From: Camelus dromedarius
Lineage: Eukaryota
Direction of reading: 5' to 3'
DNA length: 64,000 nucleotides
Assembly (NCBI RefSeq): GCF_036321535.1
Contig: NC_087436.1
Coordinates: 17,732,001 to 17,796,000, forward strand
The position numbers and the translations under genes are program-made. The notes under the pieces were generated by a model that did not search any database, was not told where the DNA came from, and was given only the letters and a program-made list of their open reading frames with translations. Shown piece by piece: positions 1 to 13,119 of the stretch (positions within the stretch are counted from its first letter, which is position 1; every line of letters starts with the position of its first letter).

Positions 1-239
1 TTTTATAAACAGTAACTTAATCTGAAGGCAAGCATCTGTAGGACTTTTGAATATCATGCCAAGCTAGGGAGGAAGACGTTTTCTGTGTGGTTTCAATTAT
101 AATTATCCTGGAAATGGAATTTCTGCATCTCAGGATAGGAACGCATTGAGCTTCACTAAATACTTTACCCCTAGCAGTATATAACTGTTCCTACTCCACG
201 CTCTCTCCAAATCTTGAGATACTTAGACTTGTGGAAGTC

Positions 240-840
240 TGATGTGCAAAATAGTAATTCTTTGCATCTTTAATTTTCTGATATTATCACTTGCCATTTG
301 GAGAACTGATTATTCATTTGATCTGTATCACCAGATTTTTTTTCTTACCTTTTGGTAGATGGCCTTGGAATATTCTGGATATGAATTCTGTGCTAAAATA
401 TTGCAAATATCTTCTTCAACTCTGTAGGTTGCTTTTGGATTAGAGTTTTTTAATGTTAAGTTGTCATGTTTATCAATATTTCCCATATAGTTAGTGCCTT
501 TTTGTTTTTGTTTAATTGTATGCTTGTTTAAGAAGTCTTCTCCTTCCCTAAGGTCATAAAGTTATTGTCCTATTTTCTTGTTTTGGGTTTTACTCTTCGT
601 ATTTAAGATATCTCCATCTTGGAATTTGTTTTTGGGTTTTTTGGGGGGTTTTTTGTTTGTTTTTTTTTTTTGTATGGTATGAGATAGGAATATAATCCAG
701 GTATACAATTATTTTCTCCTTAAGGGGAAACCAATGCTTAAAGCCCCACTTATTAGATCCTATCCTCACTTATTGCCTACTGATTTATACAAAATTCCCC
801 AATATGTATCTATTTCTGGGCTCTTGTCTGCTTGTCCATC
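240..840 (-). mobile_element. Old L1M ORF2 3' remnant, antisense
   Basis: Degenerate antisense L1 motifs such as 'ttgcaaatatcttc', 'ccctaaggtcataaag', 'tgtatggtatgagatagga' and 'tatttctgggctct'. Confidence 0.65.
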
Positions 841-859
841 CCTGAGTTAACCTCAGAGA

Positions 860-1995
860 TGAATGCTTTGTTGTTAGGGGACACTGGAATTTTTGAGAAG
901 CATGGTGGTGACTATTCTCTACCATAGAACTGGCAGAAGGCTGTAGGAAACTCCTAACCTTTAGAGGTAAGGTGTATGTAATTAACATCATGGCATAAAG
1001 ATCAGAGATGTATTTTGTGCGCTGGGCACACAGAGACCTCTGGTGATGGTGAATAGATCATGATGTCTGTAGAGCTGAGATATAAGAACAGCTGACTAAG
1101 GAGTCGTTTGATTTGTGTATAAAAGAAATTGATATCTGGTAAGCAGAAGGCTATGTCAGAGCTATAATGGAAGATCACCACCTTCCATCCCGTTTCCAGC
1201 TCTCTATCTATAGTGTTTGAAGGAAAGGTTAGATCCCTTTGAAGAATGAACCTCCAATGCCACCCAGCTATGTAGAGTAAATATTCCTTCTTTCTTGCTC
1301 CAAAGAAACCTGAAGTCATTTCCCAAGGCAAAGGCCTCTGGGGAGTGAGTAATGCCCAGACTTTCCGAGGAGACATAGGATACCATCTCAGTCCTACCAT
1401 AAGAGAGCTCATGGAAGCCAGTTAGGCAATGCAGTTATAGGCCAGGATCATCTAGTAGTGGGTCCATCAGGTCCTCAAGCCCACTCTTTGGTAATTTCCA
1501 CAAGTTCTAAATATACATTGATGCAGATATATGTAGCTGCTCATGTTGGCTGGAGTGAGAGGTGTTATGATGGAAGTCCCTACAATTTGCATCCCCTGGC
1601 AAAAGTAGATAATCAGAAGTAATCAAAGGAAGTAAATCAGAAGAAATGCCACCTCTCATGAAGAATTGCAGAGATATCCATCACCAAAAAAGAACTGAAA
1701 GATGCTGTGGTGGTACATCATATCTCTATCAACTCATCTAGATCATCACAAGCACCAGATGGATCATGGCAGGTGTGGGTGAACCACTGCAACCTTAACA
1801 AAATGGTAACCCTAATCATAGTTCCTTTACTGAAGCAGATCATCACAGCTTCTGGAATTTAGTGAGGAGTTATTTAACAAAATTTCCCTAAGTATGGAGG
1901 ATCAGAAACTATTTATCTTTCCTTTACAAGGACAGCAGTTTATCTCCACTGTCTTGTCTTGGAGCTAGTTAACTCTCCTGCTCTCTATATTTTAT
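860..1995 (+). mobile_element. Degenerate ERVL-class (HERVL/ERV3-16A3-like) internal sequence: gag end, protease and start of RT
   Basis: Collinear similarity to HERVL pro-pol as I recall it: 'aattgcagagatatccatcacc...ctgaaagatgctgtggtggt', 'cagatggatcatggcag', 'aaccttaacaaaatggtaac', 'caaggacagcagtttatctccactgtcttg...ttaactctcctgctct'. Many stops and indels. Confidence 0.8.
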
Positions 1996-3189
1996 CACTT
2001 AATTTGGCACTAGATAATAGAAAATTTCATGCACATGTGTATTTCTCTGTGTATGTGTATGGGTGTTTCTTTGGAACTACTAATCATAAAATATATTTGA
2101 TAACAATGATTTCCCACTTCATTTCCTAAGTTTCCATCTTTCTGCATATGGGTAGATTAATTGTATCTAGAGCTTTGTAATAAATTGGTCAAATCCTTCT
2201 TTTCTCCCACTGCTTCTGCAGATGTTAAACACATGGATTTCAGATGTGAATTTTCCTTTGACATACAATAGTCTTCAGACATTATGACTGGAACAAATAC
2301 TTCTCTATGTTTCCATTTCATAAAGGAAGGGAATTCTAAAACTCTCCAGCCATTTGAAGCTCTTTTGTACAAAGAAATGAGTTGAAATGCTGTGGGTTTG
2401 GAGACTTTTAGTTGATTTCAGCGTGCATTTGAGGCCATCGCGACTACTTTATTCAGACGCTGATATTTCTGCTACTGCATTTTACATTCTTTACAAATCT
2501 CAAGGCAAAAAGATAATGAAAACCTTTTAGCAAAGTGTTCTTAAACTTCTCTAGGCCTAATTTTATAATAATTACCTGTTAGTATGAACTCAGAACTCAG
2601 GCTTTCTTTTAATTGCCTGATGTACCATTTTTATTTCCTGTACCTACTTTATTAGCTTATCAGGAGTTATGAAACAACATAGAAGAGCTGAGCATTAATA
2701 TTCTGTTTCCACAGATGGGCTTCTCTCTACTTCATTAACAGACTTGATCTCATATGACTTTCTGTAGATTGGCCTGAAAAATCTCTCCTGAATGAATTAG
2801 ACTCCAATGTTAACTCTGTCTTAGAAAGAAAAGTACATAAGTTCTCTAAAAGGTACTCATCTAGTAATTGCCCATTTTCACATTTACAAGTATTAATTTA
2901 TCTGACTCTCTAGGTGACACCTTTGGATCTGAGAAAGTCAGAGTGGTAGATAAAGGAAATACATCTTCAAAGACACTGGTCCTAGGCGTAAGAGCCAGCC
3001 TTGTAAAGAGATTGTTTAAGATGATGACTCAGAAGATACCAAGAGCAGATTTCACCTAATTCACAATTTTTCTTAAACCCATAGTAATTATTAATAAGTG
3101 TAAGTACAGCAACAACTCCTGAGAGAAGATGGAAATATCAGAAAACCAGTGATGGGATAAAATGAACACAAACTTTTTGGTTAGCCCTG

Positions 3190-3372
3190 ACCGCAGACTT
3201 CAATCCATCACGTCTTAGCTGTGTGACCTGGGACAAGTTACTGAGCCTCAGTTCCACCATCTGTAAACCATGAACAGTCCCACCTGTGTTAGAGAATTGT
3301 GAAACTTAAGTAATGAAGCATGTCTAGTATGATATCAAGCACAGCATAGTGGTGCACTGAATGTTAACATTT
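3190..3372 (+). mobile_element. MIR SINE
   Basis: Core 'tagctgtgtgacctgggacaagttactgagcctcagttccaccatctgtaaa'. Confidence 0.85.
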
Positions 3373-4119
3373 TTTAATCTATTTTAATAAGAAAGAAATC
3401 TCCCAAATTTGAGGGTTAGACAAGAGGATTTCTTATATTCCCCACAGTTCTGTGTTTCTGACTCTATGATTCCAAATGAAGGCAGAAGAATCAGGGAGAC
3501 GATTCACGCTTGGCTCTTGTGTGGATGTTCAAGTGCCACCAGACGTTCCATCTACAGCCTGGTGCTCACACGGGCTGTTGGTTTCAGCTGTTACAAAGCA
3601 ACGTGACCATGCAGTGTATTCACCGGACCACTGGGACAGGACAAGTATTCTAGCTAAGCAAACTTTTTCTGGGTTGGAATTGCAGCCCCTAAATTCAAAC
3701 TTAACTCCCAGGATATATCCCTTTCCAACATGCCTGAGAACACAGACTAATCAAACCCATATATCTCCTCTCTTAAGGGAGACTCTGCTAAAAACTTTGT
3801 AAATACTGCTTTTAACAAATCTTTAAGGTCAAGTTTAACAATAAAATTAGATGCATACTCATAGGAGATGCTGATGGGAAAAATGGTAATGAGGTTTTCC
3901 CCAGGCCACCTCCTGATGGAAAGTTTTTCATGGTTCTGTTTAGATTTACAATTGTTTTGTTAAAGCGCATTCTGTTTTTCTTATATTGTTTTTGTGGGTT
4001 TTTTTTTTTTTTACAATAAGGGATAAGAAAAATTAGGATAGTATAGCAATTATGTAGTACTTGAGATTATTTGATGTTTCATTGGATGCCATCTTAGTAA
4101 CAGCAGTATGTATATTTAA

Positions 4120-4250
4120 AAGAGCATAGCTTCTCAGTGCCTTATTAAATTGGTTTGAATTCCAATCCGACCACTGATAGGTATGTGACCTTCCGCAAAT
4201 GCTTAACTTCTCTGACCCTCAGTGCCCTCATTTGCATAAAGGTGGAATTA
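4120..4250 (+). mobile_element. MIR SINE fragment
   Basis: 'atgtgaccttccgcaaatgcttaacttctctgaccctcagtgccctcatttg'. Confidence 0.75.
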
Positions 4251-4822
4251 ATTCAGAAAGAATAAAATGAAACTAGGTAGTAGGTGGTGAAACATTAGTT
4301 CTTGCTTCCCATTGCTGCATTTCCTCTCTGTTATCATCATGAGAATCCAACAGTGTTTAATAAAGAATATTGTCTTATCCCACTTCATTTACATTTTTTA
4401 CAATTTTTTCTTGATTACTTCCATACCCTAATAACACGAAAATGGCAGCATCAACGAAAGGCAAATAAAGACTAAGGAACTCTTACAGATTAAAGGAAAC
4501 CAAAGAGACATGACAACAAAATGCACCATGTAATTCTGGATTGCATCCTGAAATATAATGGCCATTAGAAAAATAATTGGCAAAATATAAATAAAATCTG
4601 TAGCTGCAATAATGGTATTTTATCATTAATTTCCTGGTTGCAATCATTGTAATGTGGTTACATAGGACAATATCCTTGTTTACAGTAAATACACACTAAA
4701 ATATTTAGGGCTAAAGGAATAGCATATGTGCAACTTACTCTCAAATGATTCAGAAATATGTGTTGTGTGCATACAGCTATATATGTGTGTATATCTATAC
4801 GTATATCCATATATACCTACAT

Positions 4823-6492
4823 GTAGTCAATCCTCATTATCCATGGGCTTCATACTTGCAAAATTATTCACTCACTGAAATTATTTGTAACTACAAAATC
4901 AATGTTAGTGGTGCTTCTGTCGTCATTCATGGACTTGCTCAGAGCAGTGAAAAATTTGAACCGCCCAACACACACTTCCCAGTAGAAGTTGACCAAGAGA
5001 TGCTCTGCCTTCTTTTATTTTAATTGAAATATAGTTGATTTACAATGTTGTGTTAGTTTCTTACAGCAAAGTGATTCAATTATACATGTATATTCTTTTT
5101 CATATTCTTTTTCATTATAGGTTATTATAAGCTATTGAATATAGTTCCCTGTGCTATACCGTAAATCCTTGTTGTTTATCTATTTATTATATAGTAACGT
5201 GTATCTATTAATCCCATACTCCTAATTTATTCTTCCTCCCTCTTTTCCCCTTTAGTAACCATAAGCTGGTTTTCTATGTCTGAGCCTGTTTCTGCTTTGC
5301 ATGTACATTCATTTATATTATTTTTTAGATTCCACATGTAAGTGATAATCATGCAATATCTGTCTTTCTTTTTCTGAGTTACTTCACTTAGTATGATAAT
5401 CTTTAGGTTCATCCATGTTGCTGCAAATGGCATTGTTTCATTCCTTTTTAATGCTGAGTAATGTTCCATTGTGTTTATATGCCACATCTTCTTTATCCAT
5501 TCAACTGTTGATGGACACTTAATGAGGATTTCCATGTCTTGGCTATTGTGGTGCTATGACCAGTGAGGTGCATGTATCTTTTCAAACTGGAGATTTCTCC
5601 AGATATATGCTCAGGAGTGGGATTGCTTGATCAGATGGTAAGCCTATTTTTAGTTTTTAAAGGAATCTCCATACTGTTTTCCATAGTGGCTGCACCAATT
5701 TACATTCCCACCAACAGTGTAGGAGGGTTCCCTTTTCTCCACACCCTCTGCAGCATTTATTGTTTGTGGACTTTTGAATGATGGCTATTCTGACTGGTAT
5801 GAGGTGATACCTCATTGTAGTTTTGATTTGCATTTCTCTTATAATTAGCAATATTGAGCATCTTTTCATGTGTCTATTGGCCATCTCTATGTCTTCTCTG
5901 GGGAAATGTCCAGTAAGTCTTCTGTTTATTTTTTTGTTTGGGTTGTTTGGGTTTTTTTGTTGTGGTTGTCACTGAATTATATGAGCTGCTTATATATTCT
6001 GAAAGTTAAGCCCTTGCCAGCCACATCGTTTGCAAATATGCTTTGCCTTCTTGTTTCAGCTCTCATACTATAAATAAGTGTTCTGTTCACAGTCACTTTA
6101 GTGCCACAGTTTTTGCATTTTTTGCACATTTCTTTGGTGATTTTGTGGTTTAGAATGACCCCCAGCACAGAAGTGACATGCTGTTTAGTGTCCCTGAGTG
6201 CAAGAAGTCTTTGATGTGCTTGGTGAAGACATATGTTAGATAAGCTCCTTTCAGACAAGGGTTGTAGTACTTTTGGCTGTGAGTTCAACATTAATGAATC
6301 AACTGTATGTGTTTTTTAAAGTGTCCTTAAACAGACACAGGCATTAAACAAGGTATGGTATTGAGTAGTTGAGGGAATATTGTGAGCGGAGGCTCTGAGG
6401 AACCTAACCCAGTTTTTCCCCTGGGAGCCCAGTACTTGCTAATTCAGTGTTTGTGTGACTTTATGGAACAAAACTGCCACAAATAACGGGAA
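4823..6492. mobile_element. MER82-like TcMar-Tigger DNA transposon, split by a younger L1
   Basis: Starts 'agtcaatcctcattatccatgg', reaches 'atgctctgccttctt', resumes at 6038 'atgctttgccttcttgtttcagctctcatact' and ends 'actgccacaaataacgggaat'. Confidence 0.75.
5015..6037 (-). mobile_element. 5'-truncated cetartiodactyl-type L1 (ORF2 C-terminus and 3' UTR) with 15-bp TSD
   Basis: ORFs 5657-5884 ([10 protein letters not shown]...[13 protein letters not shown]) and 5227-5535 are L1 ORF2 C-terminal sequence. TSD atgctctgccttctt (5000-5014) / atgctttgccttctt (6038-6052). Confidence 0.95.
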
Positions 6493-7299
6493 TATAGAAT
6501 GAAAGAGCAATAAAGCAAATGTGGTAAAATGTTGATTTGGGGAATCTGGAAGAAGAAAATACAGGAAATCTTTCTACTATTTTTGTAGCTTTTCTGTTAA
6601 GTCTGAATTTTAAATGAAGGGGTTTTTGTTTGTTTGTTTGTTTGTTTTTAAATCTGCATCCTCAGTCCAGAACTCTATTTCAGGTCCAAGAACAATCTAG
6701 AGTCACTGGGAAAATGGTTAGAGTCTATGTCAAGTTGTAGGATGCTGAGAGGCAGGTGTCCCTTTACTCAGGGGGCCATGAGCAGCATAATTAGGAGGGT
6801 ATAATCTTGTCCAAAGAAGAGGTACAAGAGATGTGTAGAGCCCTGAATGTGAGAAGAACCATAGGGGTCAGAAGCCACTCAGATTTGCAGGGAATTGGGA
6901 AGCAAGGGATGAGATGGCTTAGAGCAAGGACTTCTGGTTTAGAACTTTAAATAGTTCAAGGTCATTGGAGATTCTGCTCTGAGGGATATTGCTTCCACTG
7001 TGTTGGGTCAGCCTGATAGCTTTCAATGCAGCAGTCAGGACCAGGCACTTCCTTCCTCTGCACTAATATTCATCTTTTCTCAACATTGTAATTCTTCTAG
7101 AGCCATTTGTCAGAACTTCTTTTGATTAAAAATGAGGTTAAAAAAATAATGGATGAGCAACAACAAAAACTGTCCATTCCATCTGAAGAAAAATGTTTAT
7201 TTGTGTACTGAAATTGATATATGTGTTTAATTGGTTGGAGTGGATTTGGGAGTGACTTTTTGCTTGTTTGTTCAGGAAATAAGTACAAGTAACAATATA

Positions 7300-7880
7300 T
7301 CTTGGACACAATTATAGTGTAACATACATACACAAAAGGGTGCATAAATCATAAATGTACAGCTTAATAATTTTTCACAAAGTGATCAACAGAGAACATC
7401 CTCATTTCTGCAGTAGTCATATTCTCTCCCATTTGCCATGTCCCCCAGCACTCTGCTATCCCAACTTCCATAAATTAGTTTTGCCTATTTTTTAAGTTTA
7501 TATAAATGACATTATACTATATGTATTCTTTCTTACCTGGTTTCTTTTATTTAATATTGTCCTTATGAGAGTCATCTATGGTTTTCCATGTAACAGTGGT
7601 TTGTTCTTTCTCATTGATATATAGTATCCCATTGTTTGAAGATACAAACATTTATTTATGTAGTCCACTACTGACAGATATTTGGGTTGTTTCCAGTTTG
7701 GGGCTATTGTAAATAGTACTGTTAAGTATATTCTTGCATTGTATCTTGGTACACATCTGTACACAAGACCGATATGTAGTTGTGAAACTCCCAGGTATAT
7801 GTATGTTTAGTATTCAGCTTTAATCTGTTTTCATGATATAAATTTCACCAACTTATACCTTCACCAGTAGTATATGACAA
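7300..7880 (-). mobile_element. Old L1ME/L1MC 3' end, antisense
   Basis: 'gacagatatttgggttgtttccagtttggggctattgtaaatag'; ORF 7576-7764 contains LFTIAPNWKQPK. Confidence 0.8.
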
Positions 7881-7999
7881 CTATCCTGGACAATTTTTTA
7901 TTGTTGTTTTCTGTCTTTATTTGATCATATTCAGAGAACATGATCTGAAAAAAACTACTTTTGGAAAGGCAAATTTGGGGCATGACCAAGTTCATAAAC

Positions 8000-8870
8000 A
8001 ACCATCTAAAATATTCTGTAGATGTCAAAGAAAACCTGTAAAGTCTGTCTGTTTACTTATACATACAGTCACAAAATTGAGACCTGAGTAACTTCGGAGA
8101 GCTAGCATATCCTGGATACAAAGGCAATATCATACAAATGTCAGTGTTCCCCAAATTAATATATACATTTGATGCATTTCCAATTAAATTACAATAAAGG
8201 GTTTTTAGTAAAGTAACAATTATATTTCATATTTCATTCCCTGAGGCAATTATGAAAAACTGAAAATTAAACTTAAGTAAAGGGAAACTTTTCCTACTAA
8301 ATACAATGCAATACTACTGAGTAACTATAGTCTTAATAGAATATGCTGGCATAGGAATAGTCATATAGGAGAATATTGAGTCTAGAAATGTATCTAAGTA
8401 CATATGAATTTTAAATATAATAAATATGATTTTATAATATATTGGATAAGGTACACTTTATTTGATTACTATCCATCTGGAAAAATAAAATCATATCATA
8501 TTTGATAACACAAAAAATAAATCACACAGTAATTTTAAACTAAATGTCAAAAAATAAGTATACTGGTAGAATATTTAAGAGATATTTGTGTAATCTTAAG
8601 AAAAGCAGATAGAGGTAACTTTAGAACATTCTGGACCTCAGAAACCATAAAAGAATTATCAACAGATTTGAATACATAAAATTAAAACTTCTTGTCAAAA
8701 TTCAGAAATAGGCTGAGAGAAAATATCTTCAATATACATGACAAAACTTGTAAAAGAAATTGGCTGGATACATTTCATTTTAAAACTTAACATTACTCAA
8801 CTTATAAAAAGAGTGCACTAGATCTATATACATTGACCTGGAAAATAGCCATATATTTTAAGAAAGAAAA
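8000..8870 (+). mobile_element. Highly decayed L1ME ORF2 fragment
   Basis: 'tgtcagtgttccccaaattaatatatacatttgatgcatttccaattaaa', 'ctatccatctggaaaaa' and 'tacataaaattaaaacttct'. Confidence 0.65.
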
Positions 8871-8874
8871 AAAT

Positions 8875-10450
8875 GTGAATTCTGGGAAGATCATGACAAT
8901 AGTATAGCTTTTGGATCTTTCTAAATTCTCACATTAAAACAGTCAAAGTAACTAGAGAGCAAAAACAAAATGTTTACAACAAAGATTGCTAACGACATAG
9001 CACTATGCACCCCCAAATACAAACAGAGGCAAACCACCAATAGCCACAAGATCTAAATGTTATTGATGTTGCTATGAGAGAAAGCAGAGGGAAGCAAGAA
9101 TGCACCTGACTAGCCCAAGAATAGAATAAGACAAAACAGTCACCTTGAACTTTGGCAGGCCAATGCGAGAACAGTAGCTACATCTCAGAAGAATTTTGTA
9201 CCCTATGGTAGCGTGTAAGTACAAAGAACCACAGTAAGTCCTGAAGAGTTTGGAGCAGTCTAGCCCCTGTGAACCCTTGAAACTAAATTAACAGGGCTCC
9301 TTTTAGGACAGGGCCATGCAATAAGGAAAAACTGATGGAAGCAAAATAAAAACTGAGGAGGACAGGAATAAGAGTGACAAAGGAAAGAGAAGATGCAAAT
9401 AAAATTGGGCAAAGTGAATAAATCCAGGAAATCTTAGAAAGCAATAAGCCATGTTTTTACACTACAAAAAAACAAACAGAAAAGGCAGAAATCTATATGG
9501 GTCAAGCTCCTTCTAAAAAGTCAGAGGAACTAAAATTGTATTAACATGATCAACATAAAAGTATTGAAATCAAATCCCTTACAAAGTTACTCCAGAAAAA
9601 TATAATAACCAGAATGACATCTCTATAGACAATAAAAACATAGGAGAAAGACAAATGAAAAAGAGAGAAAAAAATGTAAAGTACAAAATATAGAAAATAA
9701 TGTAACTTAAAATTATAAAAATTCTTTACTGAGATAACAGAATTCAAGAATCAGAAATAAGAGATAAAATTATTTTAGAGATCAAGACTATCTAGAAGGA
9801 AAACAGGAGTAAATAAACACAGCAAATATTGGTTCAAAAAATAAATGAAAGGAGGAAGAGTTTTGTAAACCAAAAGGAAACAAGAAAAGAAATAAAAGTA
9901 TTTCAGACAGTGATATAATTAAAGATAGGCAAAAAAAAAAAAATCCAATATATGGATAACAGGAGTCTTAACAAAAGAAATCAACATAACAAAACTAAAA
10001 GTTTATGGAAACTTTCCTAAAGTTATAATAAAATCTTCTTTGGAACTATGTATTGAAAGAGCATAATGTGTACTTGAGTTTATACACTCAGAACAACAGA
10101 TATTTTAATTAAATTAGTAGATTATAAAGGAAAATGAAAAGCCTTTGGTGTTCAGGAGAAAATAACACATGACTTGTGAGTATATTGTCATCAGACTTTT
10201 TGACATCATATCTTTATGCCAGAAGAAAATAAATATATTTAATGTATTCAAAGAAAGAAAATATGAACAAAATATTTTTCTATCCAGTGAAACAGATCCT
10301 TAAAAATAGAGCACAGATTTTATCAATATGTGAGAATTTCAGGGAATATTGTTCCCATGAGTCCTTCTTAAGAAATCTACTAGAAAAAAAAAAAAAGAAA
10401 TCTACTAGAAAAGTACCTTAAAGCAACTAAAATGACCAAAAAGACATTTA
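8875..10450 (+). mobile_element. Decayed L1/HAL1-like 5' UTR and ORF1
   Basis: A-rich; ORF1-like remnants 'tccaatatatggataacaggagtc' (NIWIxGV) and 'attgaaagagcataatgtg' (IERA-). Confidence 0.55.
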
Positions 10451-11233
10451 CATACAGATCAGTGGCAAGAAGTAAGTGTATAAGTATATACAGAACTAAT
10501 TCTAAATGAGGATTAGAAAAGAGATGATAGAATCTCACATGTAGATGTATTACAACTAGAAAAAGAGAGAGGGAGATAGCAGTTATAAAAATTTTTATAG
10601 TTACTTTTAACTATTTTCAATAGTAATGATTAGTGGTAGTAATATTAGTATTGTTATAAAACTCATATATGCAAGTATAGTAAAACAAATGAGTAATTAT
10701 GGGATATTTTAATTGTAACATTTCCTATGACTTCACAGGATTCTCAGAATGTAAGAATGGACATAGCAGTGGAATACAGACTAGGTTAAATAGAAACCCT
10801 GTTGTTCTGAATTTGAATTGGAAATATCATTAATACAAGAGGTTTTTTTTAAAGAGAGAGAGAGTGTATGTGCCCTAACTGTCCACTGAAGAGGTCTGGA
10901 AACAATGGTCAGTCCAATAGCAATGAACATCGATAGAGCCCAGATTGTTGTCTTGAAATACTATTTCTCAATAAATACAGAGAAGTTGTGCTTCCTGGAG
11001 AAATAACTGATTCTGATTTGTGAAAGGAAATGAATGACATGGGCATATAATATCTTGACATATTAGATGACATGGAACTATTAGAAACAGTTACAGTTAT
11101 ATCAAAAAATTCAGGAGCCATCTTGAAGGAGAGTCTACTATCCAAAAGATAGAAATTTTGAATTTCAGTAAGAAAAAGAATTGCAATGAATTAAAACTCA
11201 ACAAACATTTAAATACATTATTTCATAATGATA

Positions 11234-11860
11234 TGTTCCTTTTCTTGTCTTATTGCATTAGCTAGGACTTACAGCACAATCTTGAAAAGGAGTAATAAGA
11301 GCATTTTTCCTGATCTTAGTAGGAAAGATTCAAGTTTCTCACCCTTAGCTGTAGGTTTTTTGTAAACATTCTTTATCAAGTTGAGGAAATTCTCCTCTGC
11401 TCCTAGTTGCTGAGTTTTTATCGTGAATGTGTGTTGGATTTTGTCAAATGTGTTTTCTGCATATATTGATATGATTATGTGATTTTTTTCTTTTTTAACC
11501 TGTTGATGTGATGGATTACATTAATTGATTTTCAAATATTGAAACAGCCTTGGCTCCCTGAGATAAATTTCATTTAGTTGTGGTGTATAATTCTCTTTAT
11601 ATATTGTTGGACTTGATTTGCTAATATTTTATTGAGAACTTTTGTGTGTATGTTCATGAAAGACATTTGTCTGCAGTTTTCTTGTAATGTCTTTGTCTGG
11701 TTTTGGTATTAGGGTAATGCTGACCTCATATAATATTGGAAATATTCTCTCTGCTTCAGTCTTCTGAAAGAGATTGTAGAGAGTTAGTAAAGTTTCTTTC
11801 CTAAATGTTTACAGAATTCACCAGTCTGGTGTTTTCAGTTTGGGAAGGTTATTAGTTATT
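11234..11860 (-). mobile_element. L1M ORF2 (RT region) fragment, antisense
   Basis: 'tttcttgtcttattgcattagctaggactt' and 'tgtctggttttggtattagggtaatgctg'. Confidence 0.85.
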
Positions 11861-12304
11861 AATCAAAATTATATATTCTTAAAAAGTAACCAGTCATCTT
11901 CTGAGGATGACTGGAAACCAATCCATTATCTTGAAAACTGGATAAATTAGAAGACAAAATTAAGCATTTATCCTGCCTTTCCAATATAAACTATACCCAT
12001 GGATAGTTAAATAGTAAATATGAGGGTTGTCTTCTTATGAAAGAATATATAATTAAATAAATAAAATTATAAATGAAATAGTAAAATAACAATATCATCA
12101 TTTTGAGAACAAAGACTTTAGGTAACAGCAAACTAAGTTCATAACAGATCAGAAAACAATTACAAACTCTGGATATAATACAAAAAGCAACTGCTTAAAA
12201 GCACTGCTAAGTGAACCAGAGCTGGCAGAGTTAGGTGGGGAATCCATGTTCAGGAGAGAAATTATATGTATTGGGTTGCTGTTTGCATGAATTTATCTGA
12301 GAGC

Positions 12305-12780
12305 TAGACATGTTCAGCACAGTTTTATTCATAATAGCCAAAAACTGTAAACAACTTAAATGTCCATCAACTGGTAAACAGATTAATACATTGGGGTTAA
12401 ATCCATTCAGTGGAATACTACTGTATAATAATAAAAGAACAAACTACTGATCCATACAGAAGCAGAAGTGAATCTCAAATCATCATGTAATGTGAAAGAA
12501 TACAGACACAAAAGATATATTGTATGAGACTGTTTATTTGAAATTATAGAAAAGGCAAAACTATAGTGATGAAAAGGTTAATGGTTTTCAAGAAATAGTG
12601 GATGGGCAGAGAAGTCTGACTACAAAGAGGTGTAGGCCACTTTTGGAGTGATGGAAATATTCAATACCATTTTGTGATAGTTTTTTAACTATATATATTT
12701 ATTAAAACTCATCAAATATTACATTTAAAATGGATGAATTTTATTGTATATAAATTATACCATAATAAAACTGATTTAAG
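12305..12780 (+). mobile_element. L1MB/L1ME 3' end
   Basis: 'ttattcataatagccaaaaactgtaaacaacttaaatgtccatcaactgg' through 'aaattataccataataaaa'. Confidence 0.8.
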
Positions 12781-13119
12781 AAGAGAACAAAAGCCAGAAT
12801 TTAAGTGCCTCCTGCTGAAGAAACTCAAAACCACTAATATTCCTGACAAAGTTATTGGATGTAGGTCTGATCAAGCCTCTGGATCCAGCTGCCAATTAGA
12901 TGGCAAATGATTGTGTTATTTTCAGTTAGATAGCAATGATTATGTTAAACTGCACCAGCATTATGAAATCAGCAAGATTGTGGACACTCTACAGGTGAAA
13001 TGGCCAGAATGCTTCAACAAATGCTTTCTATGGATTTAAAAGATAAATCAAATTGGAAAAAAAAGTATGCTTGGTCAATAGTGTCTAGGTACTCTCACTT
13101 GGGTGATAAAGGCACAAAG

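Larger units (their letters stand above)
4470..6620 (+). mobile_element. Old L1MC/L1ME-type 3' UTR, split into 4470-4760 and 6500-6620 by nested insertions
   Basis: 'agattaaaggaaaccaaagagacatgacaacaaaatgca...caacttactctcaaatgattcag' resumes at 'aaagcaaatgtggtaaaatgtt...ggggaatctgg'. Confidence 0.7.
10450..13110 (+). mobile_element. Fragmented L1MD-type long 3' UTR, interrupted by other L1 pieces and probably continuing at 15840-15980
   Basis: 'ccctaactgtccactgaagagg...tagcaatgaacat...cccagatt', 'ctgatcaagcctctggatcca' and 'aaatcagcaa'. Confidence 0.55.
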
